Source: a virus (taxonomy: Duplodnaviria > Caudoviricetes). From it: 64,000 nt of DNA. The stretch is taken from the IMG/VR virus record IMGVR_UViG_3300032233_002382, positions 64,001 through 128,000 of that record; one strand, written 5' to 3'. Within the stretch, counting starts at the first letter, position 1. Every line of letters begins with the position of its first letter. The position numbers were made by a program, and so were the translations under genes. The notes beneath the pieces were generated by a model that was not told the origin of the DNA, searched no databases, and worked only from the letters and a program-made list of their open reading frames with translations. This document shows, piece by piece, positions 1-8,333 of the stretch.

Positions 1-77
1 GGCCGGACTCGAACCGGCACGGCTGATAAGGCCGGGAGATTTTAAGTCTCCTGTGTCTACCGTTCCACCACACCCCC
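1..77 (-). tRNA. tRNA-Leu(UAA), 3' end truncated by window edge
   Basis: Reverse complement gives GGGGGTG-TG-GTGGAACGGTAGACAC D-arm, GGAGA-CT TAA AA-TCTCC anticodon arm, long variable arm and GCCGG-TTCGAGT-CCGGC T-arm. Confidence 0.9.
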
Positions 78-83
78 AAACCG

Positions 84-400
84 ACCGCGCTCACCACTCG
101 GTTTTATTGGTAACCGAGAAACAACGTGCGCCAAGCCCGCCAGTCGATTTTTAGATGGAATCGACAAACCACTTCGGGCGACGTGGAGTTAAACCACGCA
201 AGCACTTTTGGATGACCGTACACTTGCAGTACGGACTGCTTATGAGAGCGCCGCTACCCGCCCGAAAGAAAAGGCCCGAAGCTCGTTCCCGCTTTCGCTT
301 CGGGCAACCCTCACTGCTTTAGGGAAGAGGGCTTTTGGAGGAGCCGACTTTGGGTCGGTTACCCCTTTAGACCGGATGGGGGGGGTACCCGGTCTAAACT
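84..400 (-). ncRNA. Candidate structured ncRNA inside the tRNA operon
   Basis: At least 7 hairpins or nested stems in ~320 nt with no convincing ORF, e.g. ctcggtt/aaccgag, gtcgatt/aatcgac, cgtgg/ccacg, ccgtac/gtacgg, gcccgaag/cttcgggc, ttagaccgg/ccggtctaa. No family recognised. Confidence 0.35.
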
Positions 401-740
401 AATTCGTATCGTCCGTGTCGTCATCTTCATCCGGCTCAGACTTCATGCACGAATCGCAGTACTCGTGGTCGGAGCCGAGATGATTCTGGCAGCTCGGGCT
501 GATGCAGAAACCGGCTGCCTTCTTTGCAGACTTCACCCGATCGGTTTCGATGGCCGCTGCCATTGAAGTCGGGTGGGCAAGCCACATAGCGCGCTCGATC
601 AGCACGATCTCGTTCGCCAAAATGATGGGAGGCGCGTTCAGGTCAATGAACCGCTTCAAGCGGGCCACTCGCTGCTCCAGCTTATATTCCCCTGCGAGCT
701 TAACCTCATCGAGAATCCCATTGTCATTCAAGTCGCTCAT
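399..740 (-). CDS. Hypothetical protein, Cys-cluster C-terminus and acidic tail
   Basis: ORF 399..818; GGAG before Met at 743/740; C-terminal CxxxxC...CxxC then D/E run; lies between tRNAs. Confidence 0.6.
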   Translation of the reverse strand: MSDLNDNGILDEVKLAGEYKLEQRVARLKRFIDLNAPPIILANEIVLIERAMWLAHPTSMAAAIETDRVKSAKKAAGFCISPSCQNHLGSDHEYCDSCMKSEPDEDDDTDDTN

Positions 741-820
741 CATCTCTCCGTGGCGCGGGCTTGATTGCCCGCTACATAAACGTGCGGCGGCTCCGATTTC
801 CGCTTTCCATTCGAACAAAA

Positions 821-910
821 TGGCAGAGGGTGAGAGATTCGAACTCTCGAAACGGTTTCCCGTTTACACGCGTTCCAGGCGTGCTCCTTCAGCCGCTCGG
901 ACAACCCTCT
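821..910 (-). tRNA. tRNA-Ser(GGA), CCA encoded
   Basis: AGAGGGT/ACCCTCT acceptor stem, CACGC-CT GGA AC-GCGTG anticodon arm, long variable arm, GAGAG-TTCGAAT-CTCTC T-arm, G-CCA end. Confidence 0.95.
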
Positions 911-953
911 GCAAGACTAGGTTTTCAAAGATTCAGTAGTTCTACTTTACACT

Positions 954-1039
954 TGGTGCCTAAGGACGGACTCGAACCGTCACGACGTTGCCGTCGGGAG
1001 ATTTTGAGTCTCCTGTGTCTACCGTTCCACCACTCAGGC
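954..1039 (-). tRNA. tRNA-Leu(CAA), CCA encoded
   Basis: GCCTGAG/CTTAGGC acceptor stem, GGAGA-CT CAA AA-TCTCC anticodon arm, GACGG-TTCGAGT-CCGTC T-arm, A-CCA end. Confidence 0.95.
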
Positions 1040-1108
1040 CAAAAAGAAGAGGGAGGGCGGCGCACCCAGCTTGGAGCCGACCAAGGCATGGGCCGGATGC
1101 GCCGACCT

Positions 1109-1142
1109 CCCACCAACTATACGAGCGGGCGCGTCGACTTCC
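1109..1142 (-). promoter_or_regulatory. Promoter-like motif copy (GGAAGTC-N12-CGTA-N5-GGTGGG) facing the tRNA cluster
   Basis: Same fixed spacing as the other copies; intergenic; oriented toward the tRNAs. Confidence 0.7.
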
Positions 1143-1153
1143 GCGCCTCTTTG

Positions 1154-1405
1154 TCAGTGATACTGATCTGGGGTGTTCGGGACCATATGACCCGCAAGAG
1201 CCGCAGAAGAAATACCCTTTGCGATCGCGTTGATCATATGCGGATCTTCGTCGCCCAACTTCCAAGTCTTTGCATAATCATAAAGAGCAGCAACAACAGC
1301 TCCAGCCTCTTCGGCGGAGAGGCTCGAAAGAATTTCCTGAGCTCGGGTCTTCTCTACATTGGCCTGATGATCGTGCTTATGGTGGCTGTGCATTATTACC
1401 TCCAA
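1154..1405 (-). CDS. Hypothetical protein
   Basis: 83-aa ORF in a co-oriented run; GGAGG precedes an internal Met. Confidence 0.55.
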   Translation of the reverse strand: MEVIMHSHHKHDHQANVEKTRAQEILSSLSAEEAGAVVAALYDYAKTWKLGDEDPHMINAIAKGISSAALAGHMVPNTPDQYH

Positions 1406-1424
1406 TATTATATTACATTTAAGG

Positions 1425-1610
1425 TTACGGGATCTCGGGGACGAAGACCCAAGCTTTAACGTACGTTCCGCCGGTCACTTCCACGAACGAATCTCGTTGC
1501 CAGTCTGCACTCTTATTGAGCTCGTCCACTTCCACAAAGTCTTCGATCTTGTTTTTGCGAATGATATCCTGGGCCTTCGAGATCATCTTCTCTGCGGTCT
1601 CAATGTCCAT
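1425..1610 (-). CDS. Hypothetical protein
   Basis: 61-aa ORF with AGGA-like RBS, tightly packed. Confidence 0.6.
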   Translation of the reverse strand: MDIETAEKMISKAQDIIRKNKIEDFVEVDELNKSADWQRDSFVEVTGGTYVKAWVFVPEIP

Positions 1611-1618
1611 GATCCATC

Positions 1619-1900
1619 CTAATTAATGAAAAGTCTCGCCTTAGCAGATTCTTTCTTATATCTCTCAACATTCTCTACTAGGTGTCGCCAAACCACGTAG
1701 CTCTCGCCGATCTCGTGCTTTAGTGCTAACGCCATCATTGCAGCAATTTCCGCATTCTCTTCGCTCATGATGGTCGTATTCTCAGTAATTTCAACTGAAT
1801 CGCGATTTTTAACGCACCCGACGATCTTCTTACCGTTCTGAAGCGCGATCGTTACGATCTCATCATTTCCTTCATTTGTAACATTTAAATCGGCTAACAT
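1619..1900 (-). CDS. Hypothetical protein
   Basis: 93-aa ORF with AGGAGG RBS. Confidence 0.7.
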   Translation of the reverse strand: MLADLNVTNEGNDEIVTIALQNGKKIVGCVKNRDSVEITENTTIMSEENAEIAAMMALALKHEIGESYVVWRHLVENVERYKKESAKARLFIN

Positions 1901-1945
1901 GAGATCCTCCTACCTACAATGTAACCCAGCTGAACGAACGGTCAA

Positions 1946-2398
1946 TTATGCGGACATCATGTCATTCACGATCCCGACGCCGCAGTTAGGGTCAATTTCC
2001 CCTTCCTTCAACGCCTCATTAATCGTCTGTTCCTCTTGAACGTGCACAGCCTTTAAACAACGCTTGCATTTGAAAATATAAGGCTCGCCGTTGAACAGCT
2101 TCTCTCGATGCATCTTCCAGTCATGCTCCTGGATATCACCGGAAGTCGGATTATACCGGCGGAGCATTTCCTTCTGAACGTCTACTCCTTCGGCCGCAAG
2201 AGCCTGGTCGATCATAGCAGCGAAGGGATCTTGAGGTTTCGGGATCTCTTCCGGATTCGGCGCAGACGGAGTATCGAACTCATCTTCAGGATCCTCTGGA
2301 AGCGGGGCTGCACCGTTCGGAGCCGAAAAATCTCGTACTGGCTCTTCCTTCTTTTCTTCGATACCTAGTGCTTTATCGAGCTGGTCAAGAAATGACAT
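1946..2398 (-). CDS. Hypothetical protein with CxxC and C-terminal tag (...IVNDMMSA)
   Basis: GGAGG RBS; upstream promoter-like motif; acidic low-complexity N-terminus; CKRC. Confidence 0.75.
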   Translation of the reverse strand: MSFLDQLDKALGIEEKKEEPVRDFSAPNGAAPLPEDPEDEFDTPSAPNPEEIPKPQDPFAAMIDQALAAEGVDVQKEMLRRYNPTSGDIQEHDWKMHREKLFNGEPYIFKCKRCLKAVHVQEEQTINEALKEGEIDPNCGVGIVNDMMSA

Positions 2399-2423
2399 TT
2401 AGCCTCCGCAGACGGACGCGCCG

Positions 2424-2457
2424 CCCAGACGAGCGACGGGCGGCGCGTCCGGTTTCC
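2424..2457 (-). promoter_or_regulatory. Promoter-like motif variant (GGAAACC-N12-CGTC-N5-TCTGGG)
   Basis: Conserved spacing; embedded in a GC hairpin just upstream of 1946..2398. Confidence 0.55.
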
Positions 2458-2471
2458 GATTTACTTCATAA

Positions 2472-3107
2472 TTACTCTTCCATGACCATTCCGGCGAGTA
2501 CCATCCCAAAACCATCCTTAACGTCCTGGTCCGTCAGCTCAGGCTTATTCAGGAGCTCCTTCTGGATTTTCTTCCAGAGACGCTCTCCGCCCCAAGTATT
2601 CGCCTTCGCCCACCTCTGGTGTTCCTCAGCAAGTTTTTCGATCGAATCAATGTCTCCAAGGAAGGTGTGCGGGGTCGGCTTTACGATAGTGCGTCCGCCA
2701 TAAGCCTGAGGATTCTTGAGCTGGAACTGATAGTGGTTTTCTTCGGACTGGTTCTTTAGGTCGATTTCCTCTCGGAGGCGATTGATTCGAATCGCCACCA
2801 TCTTAGCAAGAGTCTTCTGTGTGACTTTGCCCTTGATCTTAGGCTGGGCATTTTCGATGAGGGGCCTTACTTCGTGTATTGGTTTACGGAAATAGGCAAG
2901 CGCTTGCGGAATCTTCACGAAAGTCAAGTAAAAATCTGACTCAATGGCGCCGTCGGCGTCAGCTTCCTTCCAAGTCCGGATGATAACGTCCGAATCGCCA
3001 GTCACTCGGACCTGATCCGAACTTGCCTTAATGTCAGCTCGTGCGCCTTGGTCACACTTAGCGATCGCCAGGGCATCCAACTGCGGATCGTGGTAGATTG
3101 GCATCAA
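2472..3107 (-). CDS. Hypothetical protein with C-terminal tag (...LAGMVMEE)
   Basis: GGAGG RBS; motif upstream; 211 aa. Confidence 0.75.
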   Translation of the reverse strand: MMPIYHDPQLDALAIAKCDQGARADIKASSDQVRVTGDSDVIIRTWKEADADGAIESDFYLTFVKIPQALAYFRKPIHEVRPLIENAQPKIKGKVTQKTLAKMVAIRINRLREEIDLKNQSEENHYQFQLKNPQAYGGRTIVKPTPHTFLGDIDSIEKLAEEHQRWAKANTWGGERLWKKIQKELLNKPELTDQDVKDGFGMVLAGMVMEE

Positions 3108-3127
3108 GCCTCCGTGCGCGGGAATCG

Positions 3128-3161
3128 CGCACCAACAAAACGGACAAGGCGCCCGACTTCC
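3128..3161 (-). promoter_or_regulatory. Promoter-like motif copy (GGAAGTC-N12-CGTT-N5-GGTGCG)
   Basis: Conserved spacing; intergenic; followed by a small hairpin and RBS. Confidence 0.65.
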
Positions 3162-3169
3162 GATATGCT

Positions 3170-3505
3170 TTAGGCAGAACTCACGACGTAAACTGACTCT
3201 TCCATGTAAGACACGTTATTGAGGATGTTTTCCTGGGCATTACTTACTTTGTGCTTAACCGCTTCAATGAGAGCGCATCCAATTGCCATTGAGAGACTCT
3301 CGAATGCACCGAGGTCTTCGTGGTCCATCTCCCATCCTGTGTCGTCATCATAGTACCCGTTGATTTGCGAGACCACCCATTTCTCGTCCACACGATCAAT
3401 GTCGAGGCCGTCGACTTCAAGGTGGTTAGCGTCAACGACCTTGATCTCGGAATTCGGAAATCGCTTCGTGAAAACGTCGATCGCTTCGGTTTCATCAGTG
3501 TTCAT
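3170..3505 (-). CDS. Hypothetical protein
   Basis: ORF 3170..3799; AGGAG before Met at 3505 (MNTDETE); the upstream part overlaps motif copies, so the start was shortened. Confidence 0.65.
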   Translation of the reverse strand: MNTDETEAIDVFTKRFPNSEIKVVDANHLEVDGLDIDRVDEKWVVSQINGYYDDDTGWEMDHEDLGAFESLSMAIGCALIEAVKHKVSNAQENILNNVSYMEESVYVVSSA

Positions 3506-3525
3506 TGGCATCTCCTGGTAAGTCG

Positions 3526-3559
3526 ACCACATTATCAACGAGGGAAGCGGCCGATTTCC
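3526..3559 (-). promoter_or_regulatory. Promoter-like motif variant (GGAAATC-N12-CGTT-N5-TGTGGT), half of a divergent set
   Basis: Conserved spacing; faces 3170..3505. Confidence 0.55.
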
Positions 3560-3580
3560 GACATTCTTCAAAGTAAATAC

Positions 3581-3678
3581 GGAAATCGGAGAGGTCGTCG
3601 CGTCTCTTTGGTGGATCAACCAAATCTCTAATCTAAAGAGCGCTGGAAGTGCGGCGCTGTTGCCGTCCTGTTGCCGGA
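3581..3678 (+). promoter_or_regulatory. Two tandem motif variants (GGAAATC-N13-CGTC at 3581; GGAAGTG-N12-CGTC at 3645)
   Basis: Both face 3689..4315, divergent from the copy at 3526..3559. Confidence 0.5.
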
Positions 3679-3688
3679 GGTGCCACAT

Positions 3689-4315
3689 ATGGGGAAGTCG
3701 AGTTTTGAGAAGATTACTGACGCGCTTTACGAAACGGGCGAGTTCAAGTCGCTCATGATTGAGATAAAGGAACGAATCCAGTCGACCAAGATTACGCATT
3801 ATGCCGGTGCGTGCAATTCATATGACCCGAAGGCTACGCTGATGGTTCATATGGAGACCGAGTACTGCGGCAAGAAGAATGAGGCTGCCAGCAACGTCGG
3901 TAACATGAAGACGAATCCGTTCTGGACGATCTCCCGTGATCTATACCTGCCAGACTCATTCAAGGCGATTTTTAACGCGAATTTCGGTGTACTGAAGCCG
4001 AACTCGACAAAGAAATATCGCGTCCCGACATACAACGTGAAGCGAGACAAGGCGTACGAACACTTTGCATCCAATGCAAGGGGCAAAATTGCGGTTGAAT
4101 TCGACACGATGATTAAGGATAAGTCGAGTCAGATTCGAAACCAGGCACTTGAGTTCGACACGACTCCCATGGCGGATCAGATTAAGCAGGACACTCGAGA
4201 TCGGTTCACGATCGACTCGATTAAGGAGACTCTACTCCGCTTCAAGGACGCCAGGCCTGAGATCTTGAAGGCTGCCATGGATGAGTTCGTGTGTCATGCT
4301 ATCATGGAAAACTAG
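3689..4315 (+). CDS. Hypothetical protein with C-terminal tag (...VCHAIMEN)
   Basis: GGAGG before ATG 3689; 208 aa. Confidence 0.75.
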   Translation: MGKSSFEKITDALYETGEFKSLMIEIKERIQSTKITHYAGACNSYDPKATLMVHMETEYCGKKNEAASNVGNMKTNPFWTISRDLYLPDSFKAIFNANFGVLKPNSTKKYRVPTYNVKRDKAYEHFASNARGKIAVEFDTMIKDKSSQIRNQALEFDTTPMADQIKQDTRDRFTIDSIKETLLRFKDARPEILKAAMDEFVCHAIMEN

Positions 4316-4397
4316 TTCGGCAAGGAGTGGCTTACCCGCAATAGGGCGGATAATCCACTGTAAGTTGATAGGACTCCCATCCCACGCAAAGAGCGCC

Positions 4398-4431
4398 GGA
4401 AGTCGAGGCGGCGGCGCGTCGGTTGGGTGGG
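4398..4431 (+). promoter_or_regulatory. Promoter-like motif copy (GGAAGTC-N12-CGTC-N5-GGTGGG)
   Basis: Exact consensus; upstream of the AAA ATPase. Confidence 0.7.
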
Positions 4432-4482
4432 CGGCGCGGTGGGTGGTCCACGGCGGTCCGACCCCTTGAGGAGCGAGTAATC

Positions 4483-5583
4483 ATGCTGACTGGCATCGTT
4501 GAGATCCCGAACGACACGTACATGGACGTCCTGCGATTCAATATCCGCACGGGCGGCAATATGCTCGCCTTCGGCCAGGCCGGTATCGGCAAGACCGAGA
4601 TGGCCCAGCAGGCGGCGGTTAATGAGGGATTCGGGGTCTGCTACCTGAACCTCTCCGTCCTCGAGGCCCCCGATCTTCTTGGCCTCCCCCTCATCACCGA
4701 CGACAAGAGCGTGGATTACGCCCGACCGCGCTTCCTCCCGATCGAGGGGAAGGTCGACAAGCCGGTGGTCCTGCTCGTGGATGAGCTGGATAAGGCCAAG
4801 CCCGAGCTTCAGAATCCCCTCCTCGAGCTGTTCCAGAGCCACTCGCTCAACGGCACCAAGCTGGCGATCCAGGCCATCATCGCCACGGGTAACCTCCCCG
4901 ACGAGGGTGCCCACTCGCAGCCGGTCTCCCATGCCCTCACGAACCGGTGCAAGGTCTACAAGCTGGTGAGCGCCTTCGAGCCTTGGCGTCAGTGGGCGCA
5001 GGATTCGAATCTGAACGCATTCATCATCGGCTTCCTGAGCAAGAATCAGGAGTTCCTGAGCCGTCCTCCGGTCGAGGGTGACCCCACGGCTTACTGCCGA
5101 CCCTCTCCTCGCGCGTGGTCCCAGGCTGCCCGTGAGCTGGACCAGACCACCACCAAGGATACGGTCGACTTCCAGACCCTCCTCGTCGCTGGTCGGGTGG
5201 GTAGTGAGGCCGCAGCCAAGTTCCGCGTCTGGCTGGAGCACTACCGCATCCTCGAGCCCATCATCGATCGTCTGGTGGCGGAGGGTACCCTGCCGAATAT
5301 GGGGGAGATGACCATCGACCGCCAGCTGGTCTGCGCGATTGGTGCTGCAAGCGCGGTGGCCCAGGAGTGCCGCAAGGACGTGAAGGATAAGGCGAAGCAT
5401 CAGGAGGCCGTGAACAAGACGGCTAAGAATGTCTTCACCTGGCTCCAGAAGCTCCCCTCCGAGTTCCAGATTGCCGCAGTGAAGAGCACTCTGAACATGG
5501 AGATCATCACGAAGTACCAGCTGACGAAGATCCCTGAGGTCATGAACACCTACCTCAGCGTCCGGAAGGCCATGAAGGACTAG
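4483..5583 (+). CDS. MoxR-like AAA+ ATPase (AAA_5 type)
   Basis: Walker A GQAGIGKT, Walker B LLVDELDKA, IIATGN sensor, RxxPSPRAW; GAGGAG RBS; strongly GC3-biased codons. Confidence 0.85.
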   Translation: MLTGIVEIPNDTYMDVLRFNIRTGGNMLAFGQAGIGKTEMAQQAAVNEGFGVCYLNLSVLEAPDLLGLPLITDDKSVDYARPRFLPIEGKVDKPVVLLVDELDKAKPELQNPLLELFQSHSLNGTKLAIQAIIATGNLPDEGAHSQPVSHALTNRCKVYKLVSAFEPWRQWAQDSNLNAFIIGFLSKNQEFLSRPPVEGDPTAYCRPSPRAWSQAARELDQTTTKDTVDFQTLLVAGRVGSEAAAKFRVWLEHYRILEPIIDRLVAEGTLPNMGEMTIDRQLVCAIGAASAVAQECRKDVKDKAKHQEAVNKTAKNVFTWLQKLPSEFQIAAVKSTLNMEIITKYQLTKIPEVMNTYLSVRKAMKD

Positions 5584-5599
5584 ACCACCTGGTCCTTCG

Positions 5600-5634
5600 A
5601 CCCCACCCACCCCTCGACGAGGGGTGGGTGGGGT
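5600..5634 (+). terminator. Hairpin terminator
   Basis: accccacccacccctc/gaggggtgggtggggt stem followed by TTTT, directly after the ATPase stop. Confidence 0.7.
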
Positions 5635-5678
5635 TTTTCGGATATCTAACGTACCTTGGCAAGGTGAGTTGCACATAT

Positions 5679-5718
5679 GTTTAGGCCCCACCCAGGCGAT
5701 CCTGGGTGGGGCCTAAAC
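5679..5718. terminator. 18-bp perfect hairpin between convergent genes
   Basis: gtttaggccccacccagg-cgat-cctgggtggggcctaaac. Confidence 0.65.
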
Positions 5719-5734
5719 AGTTTTTCAATACTGA

Positions 5735-6052
5735 CTATTCTTCGGAACCGCCGGACTCCTCAGAACCACCAGCCTTAACACGGCTTTCCATAGTCTTAAC
5801 GAGGTTCTCGAGTGCCTTCAGTCCCTGAGGTAGTTCCTTGAAAGCGTCAACCACTTCTTTTTCCTGACCCTGGAATTTGGGTCCTAGTATTTTCAATCGG
5901 GACATCTTCTGGTCAAGAGTCTCTTCCTTACCAGCAATCTTCGAAACGAGATTCTTTAGATCCCGAATAACGAGATCTTTCGAAGGACTCTTAGAGGCCT
6001 CGATAGTTGCCGCAATTCGCTTGAGTTCTCTAGATAGGTCTGACGGATTCAT
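5735..6052 (-). CDS. Hypothetical protein with N-terminal KRIAA/KIAG leader
   Basis: 105 aa; GGGAG RBS. Confidence 0.7.
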   Translation of the reverse strand: MNPSDLSRELKRIAATIEASKSPSKDLVIRDLKNLVSKIAGKEETLDQKMSRLKILGPKFQGQEKEVVDAFKELPQGLKALENLVKTMESRVKAGGSEESGGSEE

Positions 6053-6088
6053 AGGTTTTCTCCCTGCAATACGTGGGTAATAAGTGAT

Positions 6089-6673
6089 TTAAATAGATAT
6101 GGAAAGAGCCGCCTCAAGATATTTCTTTCGATCGTTGAAATATTTGAGGTAATAAGCATGTTCCCAGACATCTAAAGTGAATAAAACTTTGGCGTTCACT
6201 AAAGACTGATTCTGGTGATTTTCGATCACATTGATCATTAACTGATTGGCGATCTGATCCTCGGCGAGACAGACCCAAGCGGACCCCTCAGCCTTAGTAC
6301 CAGCTTCAATGAATTGCTCTTTGAAAGACTCAACCGAACCGAAATCCTCGACCAGCCTTTCCTGAAGACCCTTCAAGATAGTGTTTGACGGATCGATACA
6401 ATTCCAGTATAAAGTGTGAAGAATGTGACCACTATAATTAAAAGCGAGATTTCTCTCAATTCCCTTTAGGTGAGTGAAATCCTTCTTCTCTCGAGCCTCT
6501 TGAAGTTGATCCAGGTTCTCATTCAAACCATCTACATATGATTGGTGGTGCTTGTCATGGTGTAAAGATAAAATTTGTTCGGGGATTATATGGCTTATAG
6601 ATTTGGGGTCAAATGGTAATGGCGGAAGGATATAACGGCTTTGGGCAGCAATACGAAAGTCATAGTCGATCAT
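6089..6673 (-). CDS. sod: Fe/Mn superoxide dismutase with short N-terminal extension
   Basis: YxLPPLPF start, HHDKHHQSYV, GHILHTLYW, GSAW and DVWEHAYY metal-ligand motifs; the metal cannot be assigned by eye. Confidence 0.93.
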   Translation of the reverse strand: MIDYDFRIAAQSRYILPPLPFDPKSISHIIPEQILSLHHDKHHQSYVDGLNENLDQLQEAREKKDFTHLKGIERNLAFNYSGHILHTLYWNCIDPSNTILKGLQERLVEDFGSVESFKEQFIEAGTKAEGSAWVCLAEDQIANQLMINVIENHQNQSLVNAKVLFTLDVWEHAYYLKYFNDRKKYLEAALSISI

Positions 6674-6716
6674 ATACTAATGTCCCAAAAAGAAATTAAA
6701 TACCGCAAAGCACAGC

Positions 6717-6750
6717 GGAAGTCGGCGCGTCGGCGCGTCTATTTGGTGGG
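6717..6750 (+). promoter_or_regulatory. Promoter-like motif copy
   Basis: GGAAGTC-ggcgcgtcggcg-CGTC-tattt-GGTGGG, then a gggcgg/ccgccc hairpin and GGAGG RBS. Confidence 0.7.
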
Positions 6751-6782
6751 CGGATTGGCCGCCCCCGTATCGGAGGATTGAG

Positions 6783-8267
6783 ATGGACTTTACCGCATCT
6801 ATTACGCGTCTGAGCGACCCTAAGAACGTTGCGACCAGCCCCCGACAGCTCAAGGATCTGAACGAAAAGATCTCGAGCACCATGACCCGTCTCTTCCGAC
6901 AGCCTGAGAACGGAGGCAATCCGTTCCTCTTCGCGCTCGCTGGCCCCAAGCCGCACGAGCTGGCTCGTGACGGGATCGATACCGCAGCGACCGATGGCAA
7001 GAAGTTCTACTGGAATCCGGACTGGCTCGAGCAGATGGATGCCGACCAAGTGGCGACCATCATGTCGCACGAGTCCTACCATGTCCTCTTCTTCCATTGC
7101 TCTCCGGAGCGGGCGGGTGGTCTGAACCCGCAGGTCTGGAACATCGCCGTCGACTACATCGTGAACGGGGTGATTATGGCCGATCACGAGAAGTCGGGTC
7201 GTTCGAAGAAGCAGCCTAAGTTGTTCTACGGGGCCATGGGCACCCCGATCTCGCTCCAGCAGTACATCGAGTGGATTGACGGCAAGCGTGACTCGCTTCC
7301 GGAGCCTGGGTGCTTCGCGGACGAGACGACTCACGGTCGAAGCCCTGAGTCGATCTACGACCAGATCCAGAAGGCCTTCATGAACAGCCCCCGTCGCTGC
7401 AAGGAGAATGCAGGTGGTTGCGGGGCGCTCTCCATCGACCCCAAGACCGGCATTTCGACGCTGGGTCCTGGCCCCTACGAGCCGGATTGCTGCCAGAAGT
7501 GCGGTGCCAAGCCGAACCAGGGGTTTGGGCCAGGGTCGCTCGACTCCCATCTCCCCTCCCAGCAGACCAAGGATGAGACCCTTGGAGATATGATGAGGGC
7601 GGCTGAGCAGACCCGTGCCATGGGTCGCGGGGATGTGCCAGGGGATATTGAGGCAGCCCTGGGTCGCCTCAAGAAGCCGGAGCTGTCTGCGCGGGATATC
7701 ATCCGTGCAGCCATCGCCCAGAAGCGACTGGATGCCGGTAATAACAATGATTGGAAGCGATTCCGTCGTCGTCCAGCATACATCTACGAGAAGGATGTGG
7801 AGGGTAACTACAAGCCCACCCACCGGCTCTACACGCCCAAGAAGCACGACTTCAAGCCGAAGTGGGTCGCGCTGATGGATACCTCTGGCTCGATGAGCGA
7901 TGATGATATCGCCAACGGGGTGAAGGAGCTGAAGATTGTGGCGGATATTGCCGAGGGTACTATCGTCCCCTGCGACACCCGCCCCTTCTGGGATAAGGCC
8001 ACCAAGGTCACGAAGGCCACCGATATCACGCGGACCAAGGTGGCTGGTCGTGGAGGCACCGTCTTCGAGCAGTTCTTCCGTGAGCTTCCGAAGCAGGCTT
8101 GCGGTCAGGAAGTGGACCTTGTAATCATCATCACCGACGGCGACTGTGATCAGGTTCCGGTGAATCTGATGCCCAAGGGGGCCGATACCCTGTGGATCAT
8201 CACGAACAAGCGGGAGTTTAAGCCGAATTTCGGACGGGTTTGCCAGCTCCGTCCCTCCCACGCGTAA
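6783..8267 (+). CDS. DUF2201-like putative metallopeptidase + vWA domain protein (MoxR partner)
   Basis: TAATDG..FYWNP, HESYH (HExxH), WNIAVDYIVN; C-terminal MIDAS DTSGSM, GRGGT.F, IIITDG; Cys-rich insert. Confidence 0.85.
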   Translation: MDFTASITRLSDPKNVATSPRQLKDLNEKISSTMTRLFRQPENGGNPFLFALAGPKPHELARDGIDTAATDGKKFYWNPDWLEQMDADQVATIMSHESYHVLFFHCSPERAGGLNPQVWNIAVDYIVNGVIMADHEKSGRSKKQPKLFYGAMGTPISLQQYIEWIDGKRDSLPEPGCFADETTHGRSPESIYDQIQKAFMNSPRRCKENAGGCGALSIDPKTGISTLGPGPYEPDCCQKCGAKPNQGFGPGSLDSHLPSQQTKDETLGDMMRAAEQTRAMGRGDVPGDIEAALGRLKKPELSARDIIRAAIAQKRLDAGNNNDWKRFRRRPAYIYEKDVEGNYKPTHRLYTPKKHDFKPKWVALMDTSGSMSDDDIANGVKELKIVADIAEGTIVPCDTRPFWDKATKVTKATDITRTKVAGRGGTVFEQFFRELPKQACGQEVDLVIIITDGDCDQVPVNLMPKGADTLWIITNKREFKPNFGRVCQLRPSHA

Positions 8268-8276
8268 GATAACCCT

Positions 8277-8313
8277 ATCCCACCCAGGCATCACTACGAT
8301 GCCTGGGTGGGAT
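8277..8313 (+). terminator. Hairpin terminator
   Basis: atcccacccaggcatc/gatgcctgggtgggat 16-bp stem after the vWA stop. Confidence 0.65.
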
Positions 8314-8333
8314 CTTTCGTATTTAGGTGACAC

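Noticed and set aside
84-400. tmRNA, RNase P, SRP or group I intron identity
   Set aside because: No tRNA-like ends, no GAGGAAAGUCC or SRP loop consensus, no intron core recognised.
502-1459. Plus-strand ORFs 502..939 and 761..1459
   Set aside because: They run antisense across tRNA genes and the promoter-like motif.
4312-5691. 459-aa antisense ORF
   Set aside because: Mirror of the GC3-biased AAA ATPase gene; no motifs or RBS.
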